Positions 7,262-14,364 of a DNA stretch of 39,787 nt are shown piece by piece (position 1 is the stretch's first letter; each line of letters begins with the position of its first letter). The notes under the pieces were generated by a model that searched no databases, was not told the origin of the DNA, and was given only the letters and a program-made list of their open reading frames with translations. The translations under genes were made by a program, and so were the position numbers. This DNA is from a virus (Duplodnaviria; Caudoviricetes): positions 1-39,787 of the IMG/VR virus record IMGVR_UViG_3300033067_000173; one strand, given 5' to 3'.

Positions 7262-7711
7262 CTACATGTTGCAGATGACCTTCCAGCGGACGCCGGGCAG
7301 ATCTGCGGGGGTGAATACGATGGCGGGGTCGCCACTGGCGAACGTCATCCTGACGGCGGCAGCGCCCTCTTCGAGCATCTTGCGCAGGGTGACCAGCGCA
7401 GCGATGTCGTGGCGGCTGCGGGCCTCGACGACACGCGGGGTCTTCGAGATCCCGGTCGCATTCAGCAGGTAGTCGCGGGCCGCCTTGAACTGACGCTCGC
7501 GGTCAGCGGCTTCCTTGTGGGCCAGAGCCGATTCGCAGGCGCCGTCGTAGCTGTCGGAGACGAGGTGGTCGACCCCGTCCGGGCTCATGTAGCCCCAGCG
7601 CAGCGCATCGCCCTGCTGCTTGGCGAAGATGACGTAGGGGTACAAGCCCCCGGCGCTGTGACGCTGGATGCTGGAGCCGTCGGGAAGGTGGCCTTGGTAT
7701 ACATGGGACAT
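7262..7711 (-). CDS. Hypothetical protein
   Basis: Start refined to ATG 7711 (AAGGAG RBS). Confidence 0.8.
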   Translation of the reverse strand: MSHVYQGHLPDGSSIQRHSAGGLYPYVIFAKQQGDALRWGYMSPDGVDHLVSDSYDGACESALAHKEAADRERQFKAARDYLLNATGISKTPRVVEARSRHDIAALVTLRKMLEEGAAAVRMTFASGDPAIVFTPADLPGVRWKVICNM

Positions 7712-7731
7712 GAGGATCTCCTTGGGTTGAA

Positions 7732-7765
7732 ACACAAAGCAAAACGCCCTCAACCGAGGGCGCTT
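7732..7765 (-). terminator. Terminator-like hairpin
   Basis: GCGCCCTC-GGTT-GAGGGCGT followed by TTTGCTTTG. Confidence 0.6.
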
Positions 7766-7784
7766 CACTTGGGGCTCCGGGACT

Positions 7785-8045
7785 CTAGTCGCGGCCGAAG
7801 TATTCGAGGTTGAACCACTCGCCGTCGTCGGTCAGGACGCGGTAGCCCATAGGGCCGCCGTATGTGTAGCGTCCTTCGTGTTTCGACCAGTTGAAGCCCC
7901 TGTTGGTTGGGTCGCCGGGCTCAGACAGGCGCTTGAGCATCTTGTTCGCCAGCTCAGCCTGACGCTGGTTGAACTCAGCGCTCGGAGTGCGCTCAAGCTC
8001 GATCCAGATCTTGGGATGGTCGGTGTCGGGTTTCTTGTTTAGCAT
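7785..8045 (-). CDS. Hypothetical protein
   Basis: AAGGAG RBS. Confidence 0.8.
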   Translation of the reverse strand: MLNKKPDTDHPKIWIELERTPSAEFNQRQAELANKMLKRLSEPGDPTNRGFNWSKHEGRYTYGGPMGYRVLTDDGEWFNLEYFGRD

Positions 8046-8059
8046 GGTGGCTCCTTGGG

Positions 8060-8464
8060 CTAAAACGATGGGTCGCGGTAGTGGTCACGCTCGCCGATGA
8101 GCAGACCGAGGCCGCGCTGCTTGTTCAGCTTGCCGGTGTCAGGGTTGCGGATGACGGGCTCCCATCTCTGCGTTTTCTTCGAGAAGGCGAACAGGTGGGG
8201 GCTGCCGTCGCCGGGTGTGAACTCGTAGACTGCGCTGCCGTCGTGCCCGCTTCCGCTGACGACCTTGGCGTTGTCGCGGACAACCTCGATCTCGTACAGC
8301 CAGACCTTGCCGCAGTATTCAGACACCTTGGTGATGGTCGCTGCGTGGCGGTCGGTCCAGCTCAGGATGGTGGCGCCCATGCCCACCTTGGGGCGGGGCT
8401 GGCCGATGGTGGCGCGGCTGTGGATGTTGTTGACCAGCGAGCCGGTCTGTGATCCGAGTTTCAT
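8060..8464 (-). CDS. Conserved phage hypothetical protein (PKVGMGATILSWTDRHAAT...YRDPSF)
   Basis: AGGAG RBS; familiar phage motif. Confidence 0.85.
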   Translation of the reverse strand: MKLGSQTGSLVNNIHSRATIGQPRPKVGMGATILSWTDRHAATITKVSEYCGKVWLYEIEVVRDNAKVVSGSGHDGSAVYEFTPGDGSPHLFAFSKKTQRWEPVIRNPDTGKLNKQRGLGLLIGERDHYRDPSF

Positions 8465-8479
8465 GGCGTGCTCCTGTGG

Positions 8480-8839
8480 TTACTGGGTGACGACCTCGGA
8501 CAGGCGCCGGCCTTCGAGGTCGAAGAAGAAGGCGGGGTTGAATGCGCCCCACTTGGCAGCGCCGGGGCCGATCAGGGCGCCCTTGCCTGCCGCTGGGTTC
8601 CAGACGGCGATGCAGTCCTGCTGCAGATCCAGCGCAGACTGGTACAGCCGGTTGCCGACGGGCTCGTTGTGCAGGGCGGATGGGTACGCCTCGACGACGA
8701 GCGCCGGCTCCGTGTCAGACGCCACCAGCGTCTCGCGGCCAAGGACGAACCCGTTGGCGATCAGGATCTGCTTGGCGACCGTGGAGGTGATCGCGGTGGT
8801 GGCCCCGATGTTGAGGCCGATGTTCAGGGTGAGTTTCAC
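8480..8839 (-). CDS. Early protein, possible SAM lyase-like
   Basis: GTG 8839 with AAGGAG RBS; TEPALVV...LQQDCIAVW resembles T3 SAMase EEKTVRV...EQDCVLV; function tentative. Confidence 0.6.
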   Translation of the reverse strand: MKLTLNIGLNIGATTAITSTVAKQILIANGFVLGRETLVASDTEPALVVEAYPSALHNEPVGNRLYQSALDLQQDCIAVWNPAAGKGALIGPGAAKWGAFNPAFFFDLEGRRLSEVVTQ

Positions 8840-8849
8840 GATGCGCTCC

Positions 8850-9140
8850 TTAGAGGTCTGACAGGTTGAGGCGGGTGACTTCGCCGACGGACTCGATGGC
8901 CGCCAGCAGGTTTGCCGGCAGAACCGCACGGGCCTTGGCCGGGTCGAGGCGCACCACAAGCGTGGTGGACACGGTGGCCCGGTAGCTGCGGCCCTCGATG
9001 ACGCCGTCGCCGGCCGACTTGATCTCGGCCTTGATGGCGTCGGCCTGCTTGTTCAGTGCGCTGATCTGTGCATTGAGTGCGCCGAGGCGGTCAACGGAAT
9101 TGGCGAGACGGCGGGGGGAGAGTTGGACGACTGCTGACAT
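8850..9140 (-). CDS. First gene of the leftward operon, helical hypothetical protein
   Basis: Start refined to ATG 9140 with AGGAG RBS. Confidence 0.82.
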   Translation of the reverse strand: MSAVVQLSPRRLANSVDRLGALNAQISALNKQADAIKAEIKSAGDGVIEGRSYRATVSTTLVVRLDPAKARAVLPANLLAAIESVGEVTRLNLSDL

Positions 9141-9482
9141 GGTTGCTCCTGTGGTGATGGCAGAGCGTCCTACTTGGGCTCCTAACCCATGCTCACTCAG
9201 GCCCTTTCGGGTTGCTTGGTAAGGCGCTCTGGCATCCCTTGCGGGGTGCTTTGCAGGGCGTGATGCTTCGACGTCACACAACGCCTAGCCCTGCTGCAGA
9301 TCTACCCGGTGTGTCCACCGTCCCTGCTTGGATGTCCGTCTCTTCCAGCCGACGTAGCTGCTTGTCATGCCGCCTATCCCAGTTGTGATGTGGGGGCCGG
9401 GGGCCGTAGCTCGTTTGTTTTCCGCTGCTACCTGCGGTTCGGCTTGTTGGCTGCCTGTCGACCCGGCGATGCGGTATCGATG
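9141..9482 (-). ncRNA. Long structured 5' leader / candidate ncRNA
   Basis: Lies between the PL-like promoter and the first RBS; GAAA- and GCAA-capped stems, multibranch stem, G-U pairs favour the minus strand. Confidence 0.55.
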
Positions 9483-9488
9483 GGATGA

Positions 9489-9517
9489 ACTGTATACCCA
9501 TTCGGTTGACCAGTCAA
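9489..9517 (-). promoter_or_regulatory. Major leftward sigma70 promoter (PL-like)
   Basis: TTGACT-N17-TACAGT. Confidence 0.8.
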
Positions 9518-9663
9518 GTGCCGGGTCAAGTGCTGCGTTTCTCGAGTGAGAACGTAATCCGACCAAATCGCTGGGTTATTCGGCCGATCCTCGCGATTGG
9601 CGTGCGCATCACATCTGCGCATGATGTGATCACATGTTTCGTGTGCGCCATGACGGGCGAAGC

Positions 9664-9692
9664 TTCACAAGCGTGTCGTGCGCGCGTATGCT
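9664..9692 (+). promoter_or_regulatory. sigma70 promoter, probably giving a leaderless mRNA
   Basis: TTCACA-N17-TATGCT; ATG begins 7 nt after the -10 box. Confidence 0.6.
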
Positions 9693-9698
9693 CGCGGG

Positions 9699-10028
9699 AT
9701 GCGTTACCTGCCCGCTATCGCGCTATTCGTGTGCCTGTCTGCGCGTGCGGGTGTGCGTGAGCTATGGGGGCTCGAGGATGTGGGCGACCCCATCGATGGA
9801 GTGACCCAGCTCCAGTGGCTGGTCTGGCTCATCACCGTGGTGTGTGGCGTGCTCGGCGTGGGCCTGCTCGCGGAATCTCTGTCTAGTCGCGCCTCGCTCC
9901 CGTGGGCGGTGGGCATGCTGGGTATGGTCGCGGTGGCGTGGCTCTGGCCGGTCTGGGCCGCGATGATCGTGATGGTCGGGGTGCCGGCGATGATCGTGGT
10001 GGCGGCGGTCTGGCCCAAGGGTCGCTGA
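9699..10028 (+). CDS. Membrane protein with signal-peptide-like N-terminus and 2-3 TM segments
   Basis: MRYLPAIALFVCLSARA then long hydrophobic runs; own promoter and terminator. Confidence 0.7.
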   Translation: MRYLPAIALFVCLSARAGVRELWGLEDVGDPIDGVTQLQWLVWLITVVCGVLGVGLLAESLSSRASLPWAVGMLGMVAVAWLWPVWAAMIVMVGVPAMIVVAAVWPKGR

Positions 10029-10051
10029 ATACCCCTTCGGGGAATTACCTG

Positions 10052-10095
10052 CGCGTGTTGGAGATCCCTACGGGAACTCGGCGCGCGATTTTTTT
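10052..10095 (+). terminator. Rho-independent terminator
   Basis: Long G-U-containing stem CGCGTGTTGGAG...CTCGGCGCGCG followed by ATTTTTTT. Confidence 0.65.
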
Positions 10096-10117
10096 GCGTG
10101 CGTGTATGCCATAGGGG

Positions 10118-10146
10118 TAGACAGTAGCCCGGATGCGCGATAGAAT
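10118..10146 (+). promoter_or_regulatory. Rightward sigma70 promoter (PR-like), probably leaderless
   Basis: TAGACA-N17-TAGAAT; ATG 10153 begins 7 nt downstream, no SD. Confidence 0.75.
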
Positions 10147-10152
10147 TCCGTC

Positions 10153-10635
10153 ATGCGCAAAACTTACGAGACCCCCGCCGACATGTCTGTCGAGCGCGCC
10201 GTCATGGATGTTCTCGCCGCCCCCGGCGGGTTCACCGTGGAAAAGCTCGAGAAGTACGGACCCGCCGACTTCGCCCTCCTCAAGAACGGCCACGTCCGCA
10301 TGGTCTGCGAGGTGAAGAAGCGCAACAAGCACTACCCGCAGATGTTTGTGTCGCTCGCCAAGGTGCAGGCCCTGCGCGACTACGCCGCCATTGGGATTCA
10401 GGCCCGGGTGATCTTCGCGACCCCAGATGGGGTCTTCTCGAAGGAGATCGGCCCGGGGGAGATCGACGGCTGGATCGGGGTGGGCGGGAGATCCGATCGG
10501 GGCGACCCCAAGGACCGCGAGATGGTGGTCTTTTTCGGTGACTTCGTTGTCGGCGACAAGGTCTACAAGGAAGAGAAGCTCCCAATGAAGCTGGTGGCCG
10601 ACTCCAACCCGAGCTGGTTCGAGGTGGCGCGATGA
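10153..10635 (+). CDS. PD-(D/E)XK endonuclease-fold protein
   Basis: E...ADF...CEVKKR motif. Confidence 0.75.
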   Translation: MRKTYETPADMSVERAVMDVLAAPGGFTVEKLEKYGPADFALLKNGHVRMVCEVKKRNKHYPQMFVSLAKVQALRDYAAIGIQARVIFATPDGVFSKEIGPGEIDGWIGVGGRSDRGDPKDREMVVFFGDFVVGDKVYKEEKLPMKLVADSNPSWFEVAR

Positions 10636-10838
10636 ATACCTGTGACGGGTGCAAGCACTACAAACCGGCGAGGTCGATGTACAAAAGCGCTGTGTTCAAT
10701 GGTGATTGCGACAAGCTCGACAAGACCGCTGAAGACGACGCCCCTGAAGACGGCCTCGGGACTTGGGGCGCCTATGGAGAGCCGTCCGGGTTCCACGTCG
10801 GCCCGAAGTTCGGCTGCATCCACTGGGAGGCCAAGTGA
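10632..10838 (+). CDS. Small Cys-rich protein (CxxCKHY...FGCIHW)
   Basis: GAGG RBS, ATGA coupling. Confidence 0.8.
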   Translation: MNTCDGCKHYKPARSMYKSAVFNGDCDKLDKTAEDDAPEDGLGTWGAYGEPSGFHVGPKFGCIHWEAK

Positions 10839-11137
10839 GCGGGGCCACCGACAAGACCAAGGCGATGGTTCTGGAGCTGATGCAGGACGGCCAGACCCGC
10901 AACGTCCGTCAGGCCAGCATGGATCTGTTCGGGAAGTACAGCACCGCCGTGAACTACTGCCTGTCCAAGCTGTGCGAGGAGGGCGTCCTGATGAGGGATG
11001 CTACGAAAGAGACCGGGGCGCTGAACTTCCCGCGCCACTTCAAGCTTGCTGACCAGAAGGCCCCAGATGGGACCGTGGACAACAACCCGTTCCTGTGGCG
11101 GACCTACAGGCAATATCAACCGGAGAGCAGACCATGA
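10835..11137 (+). CDS. Winged-helix-like protein
   Basis: GTG 10835 coupled, GGAGG RBS; VLELM...AVNYCLSKLCEEGVL. Confidence 0.7.
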   Translation: MSGATDKTKAMVLELMQDGQTRNVRQASMDLFGKYSTAVNYCLSKLCEEGVLMRDATKETGALNFPRHFKLADQKAPDGTVDNNPFLWRTYRQYQPESRP

Positions 11138-11769
11138 AAGTAATACTCAAGGAGCGCGAGTTCGAGGCGCACCAGTGGTTCAAGAATGGGGATCACCCGC
11201 AGGACTACAGCGAGGTCCACGCCGACTTCGAGGGCGGAATCATGCGCGAGTTCACGGCGGCTGAGTGCAAAGCAAAGGGCTGGGAGGGCGACGTGGTGCG
11301 CTACTTCCGCCACCCGGAAATCCCCGGGAACACAATCTGCTCAATCTGTGGCAAGTACATGCATGAACATGGGTTCATCGACCTCGGCCCGGGAGGCTAC
11401 ACCGTGTGCCCGGGAGACTGGATTCTGACCGGAGCGACCAACGGGCTCTATGTGCCATTCTCTCGGACACAGCTCAATGAGCTGTTCGATGTGGTCGGCG
11501 GTGATGCCAAAACGCCTGCGGCCATCAACTTCGGCGATGCCATCGAGGCCTTGAAGGACGGCAAGCGGGCGACCCGGCGGGGGTGGAATGGCAAAGGGTT
11601 GAAGATAGCCCTGCAGAAGGTACGTGTACGCTCCGGCGGTGATATGGATCGGCCGTACATCTACATCGAGTACCCGCCGGGATATAACTACCCCCTCGGC
11701 TCCCGTGTGCCGTGGGCTCCAAGCCAGACCGACATGCTGTCGACCGACTGGGAGATCTTCGATAAATGA
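11134..11769 (+). CDS. Two-domain protein: N-terminal EAxQW/PGDWI domain fused to C-terminal DUF2829 (Tad2-like nucleotide sponge)
   Basis: FGDAIEALKDGKRATRRGWNGKG...PYIYI...VPWAPSQTDMLSTDWEI; ATG 11134 coupled. Confidence 0.85.
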   Translation: MKVILKEREFEAHQWFKNGDHPQDYSEVHADFEGGIMREFTAAECKAKGWEGDVVRYFRHPEIPGNTICSICGKYMHEHGFIDLGPGGYTVCPGDWILTGATNGLYVPFSRTQLNELFDVVGGDAKTPAAINFGDAIEALKDGKRATRRGWNGKGLKIALQKVRVRSGGDMDRPYIYIEYPPGYNYPLGSRVPWAPSQTDMLSTDWEIFDK

Positions 11770-12086
11770 GCAAAAAGTCCAAGGGCCGGTACTCGACCCC
11801 GGTCATCAGAGAGAAGGTCGTGCTGAACCCATTCCACTCCCAAGTGATGGGCGAATACCCGCAGACAGCCGCCCCAATCGGCGCCGCGATGTCGCTGGTG
11901 GTGATCGCCAAGCAACACAAGAAGGAGATCGGGCTCGGGGTTCGCCTGTGCCTGTTCGAGGCGGTCAACCTCTACTACAAGCAGAAGTACGACGGCCACC
12001 CCATGACCGAGGCCTTCATCAAGGCTGAGCTGCAGCCGCTGGTGGAGGCGCTGTCTATCGGGCTGCCGACGGGGACGAAGCAGTGA
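11766..12086 (+). CDS. Hypothetical protein
   Basis: Overlaps upstream stop. Confidence 0.75.
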   Translation: MSKKSKGRYSTPVIREKVVLNPFHSQVMGEYPQTAAPIGAAMSLVVIAKQHKKEIGLGVRLCLFEAVNLYYKQKYDGHPMTEAFIKAELQPLVEALSIGLPTGTKQ

Positions 12087-12225
12087 CCGTTCCTCTCACA
12101 TTCACCGTACACCTGATAAAGCCACGCCTGTTCTTTCGGAATGGGATGTGGTGGTGCGAGTCCAAACACAAGACCGGAGCCGGGCCGACCCCAAGGCTGG
12201 CCTATCGAGCGTGGAGTGATTGGGC

Positions 12226-12756
12226 ATGAACGAACGCCCCACTATCAAGGAGCGCTACGCACGCTCCGCAGAGACCTCCGACCTGACCTTGAGCTGGAAG
12301 GAGGTCGGATCTGCGGATGTGATGATGGCCGCCGGCATGGCCTCGCAGGGAAGTCCAGACCGGATGCTGGCGCTGGTGATCTGGCGCATGCTCGAGGGAG
12401 ACACCGCCCGCTTCAGCGAGTGCCGGGACGTGCTGGGTGAGTGGCTTCGCCATGAGATCACCCAGCGCAGGATGCAGGATCTTGGCCGGCATGGGGCTCG
12501 AACGGTGGCCGGGCGGACCCTGTTCTGGTTCCTGAATACCAAGTGCTTACCCTGCGAAGGGCGAGGCCACCCGGTGATCGAGAACACCCCGGTGCTGGAC
12601 GACACCCGGAACTGCCAGCACTGCCACGGGACCGGCAACACCCCTTTGGAGAGGGTGCTGCAACCCCAGATGATCCCGGCAGGCCGGATGCTGGCCGACC
12701 ACATCGACAGCCTGACCAGTCGCGTGTTCGGCGAAATGCGAAAAAAACTTAGTTGA
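12226..12756 (+). CDS. Q-like late antiterminator
   Basis: CLPCEGRG...CQHCHGTG Zn motif; last early gene, followed by a promoter and terminator. Confidence 0.75.
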   Translation: MNERPTIKERYARSAETSDLTLSWKEVGSADVMMAAGMASQGSPDRMLALVIWRMLEGDTARFSECRDVLGEWLRHEITQRRMQDLGRHGARTVAGRTLFWFLNTKCLPCEGRGHPVIENTPVLDDTRNCQHCHGTGNTPLERVLQPQMIPAGRMLADHIDSLTSRVFGEMRKKLS

Positions 12757-12778
12757 CTGTCATGCAATGTGGTATAAA
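12753..12778 (+). promoter_or_regulatory. Late promoter (pR'-like)
   Basis: TTGACT plus extended -10 TGgTATAAA; spacing is suboptimal. Confidence 0.55.
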
Positions 12779-12819
12779 CCGCGCAGCAATAAAGGCCCGG
12801 GTCGGGCATTAAATACGAT

Positions 12820-12854
12820 AGCTCCCGCCTGTTCAGGGCGGAGCTTTGCCTTTT
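12820..12854 (+). terminator. tR'-like terminator
   Basis: AGCTCCCGCC-loop-GGGCGGAGCT followed by TTGCCTTTT. Confidence 0.6.
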
Positions 12855-13000
12855 CGGGCTACTACACGCCCACGGCAAGCGGTCACACCGTTCAAATGGG
12901 CCGCAGTCTCCGATGCAGTCACGCGCTACTCAGCCCCACGTCCGCCATGGTCGTCTCCGGGCCGTAAGCGGGCAGGCGGACACATTCACGAAAGATCCCA

Positions 13001-13294
13001 ATGAAAACTGTTTGCATCCACCAACTGGATGACGGCACCTTCCGCGTCGAGCTGGAGCCGGCCAAGGGCCAAGAGTACCCCGAGATGCCCGAGGGCGCCC
13101 CGGGTGAGGTTCAGGCTGATGCAGCGGCCGGTGAGCCGACGCAGACATACCAGACCATCGACGAGGCTCTGGAAGCTGCACGGGGGATGTTCGATGCCCC
13201 GGCCGGCGAGGCCGCCGAGAAGCCCATGATGGAGGGGGAGGCAGACTTCGTGGGCGGGTTCAAGAACGTGCGCGGGAAGAACGGCGGGTTCTGA
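13001..13294 (+). CDS. Acidic hypothetical protein
   Basis: ORF track, phage codon usage. Confidence 0.8.
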   Translation: MKTVCIHQLDDGTFRVELEPAKGQEYPEMPEGAPGEVQADAAAGEPTQTYQTIDEALEAARGMFDAPAGEAAEKPMMEGEADFVGGFKNVRGKNGGF

Positions 13295-13554
13295 TGGCGT
13301 TCGACTCTGTCTCATTCAGGCACAAGAAGGACGGGTGCTCCTCGGTGCTCGTTCGTTATGCGGGAGAGGCCCCGCTGCATGAGACGACTGAAATGAGAGC
13401 CTCCGACTGGCGCACGGCGGACGGCGGAGAGTTCCAGCGCGGCGACGCGAGGGTTGTTCGCTGCTTCGACTGCGGCGAGACGATTGTTGTCAGCGCCCGG
13501 AATCTGGTCGAGTCCACGGGCCCCATCACTCAAGTGGTCGAGGAGATCGCGTGA
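13294..13554 (+). CDS. Hypothetical protein with CxxC
   Basis: TGATG coupling. Confidence 0.72.
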   Translation: MAFDSVSFRHKKDGCSSVLVRYAGEAPLHETTEMRASDWRTADGGEFQRGDARVVRCFDCGETIVVSARNLVESTGPITQVVEEIA

Positions 13555-13858
13555 TGGCGAAAGAGTACAAGATCCCATTCGACAAGGATGGGAACCAGCT
13601 GAGCTACGAGGGATACCGCGCAGAATTTGCGGACAACTTCGAGTTCGAGGACACGCTGGTGTTCACTGGCGAGTACGGCCGGGGCGTTCCTCGGTGACTT
13701 TTGAGTTGACCCGCCAGTCCAATGGAAAACTCGTCTCGTTTTTCGTGTCCGACTTTTCCACGCTGGTTCCACTGATGGACAAGGGTTCGGTCACGGGCAA
13801 GTTCACCTTCCACAAGAAGGGTCAGAACTACGGTTGCAGGATGGTCTCATGGTTGTGA
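13554..13858 (+). pseudogene. Frameshifted hypothetical gene (MAKEYKIPFDKDGN... / ...GRSSVTFELTRQSNG...KKGQNYGC)
   Basis: ATG 13554 with AGGAG RBS stops at 13697; one extra G in the GGGG run at 13681-13684 joins it to the frame ending at 13858. Confidence 0.7.
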
Positions 13859-14364
13859 AGGCAGCAAAGCCAAAGGCAAAGGCATCCCCGGTGGCAAAGC
13901 GCCCCGTGGGGAGGCCGACCTCCTATAAGGAGGAGTACGCCGAGCTGGCTTTCAAGTTCTGCCTGCTTGGAGCGAACAACGAAAAGCTGGCGCAACTGTT
14001 CGAGGTTGCGGGCGCGACCATTGACAACTGGATCAGAGACATCCCGGAATTTTTGGGTGCGGTCAAACGCGGGAGGGAGAAAGCGGACGCCGAGGTGGCC
14101 CATTCGCTCTATCACCGGGCTCTGGGCTACTCGCATCCAGAGGATGACATCCGCACGCTGAGCATCGGCCAAGGCCAGTCCGAGATCGTGATCACCCCGA
14201 CCATCAAGCATTACCCGCCTGACACGGGGGCCGCGACGCTCTGGCTGAAGAACCGCCAGCCCAAGCTGTGGCGCGACAAGGTGGAGAACGTCCACTCGAA
14301 CCCGGACGGCTCCCCACTCGACTTCAGCCTGAAGGTTGTCTTCGTGGAGCCCGGGCAGAAGTGA
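13849..14364 (+). CDS. terS: Terminase small subunit
   Basis: GRPTSY...LAQLFEV...TIDNW...ADAEVAHSLYHRALGY...WLKNRQPKLWRDK; directly upstream of TerL. Confidence 0.9.
   Translation: MVVKAAKPKAKASPVAKRPVGRPTSYKEEYAELAFKFCLLGANNEKLAQLFEVAGATIDNWIRDIPEFLGAVKRGREKADAEVAHSLYHRALGYSHPEDDIRTLSIGQGQSEIVITPTIKHYPPDTGAATLWLKNRQPKLWRDKVENVHSNPDGSPLDFSLKVVFVEPGQK

Noticed and set aside
6790-9155. Recurrent CCAAGGAG/CCACAGGAG-N-ATG boxes before early genes
   Set aside because: Adequately explained as strong Shine-Dalgarno contexts; too short to claim as recombination or CsrA sites.
9161-9230. Hammerhead-like CUGAGUGAG next to a GAAA loop
   Set aside because: The order and context of core elements (CUGANGA-stem II-GAAA-stem III-NUH) do not fit.
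9274-9622. ORFs 9274..9501, 9285..9566 and 9428..9622 in the control region
   Set aside because: They start within or upstream of the promoter, lack an RBS, and have no protein-like composition.
10030-10115. cos-like or genome-terminus sequence
   Set aside because: Better explained as terminator hairpins; it is far from terS, and no end-mapping data are available.
12146-12171. tRNA suggested by GGTGCGAGTCC (T-arm-like)
   Set aside because: No acceptor, D or anticodon arms can be built.
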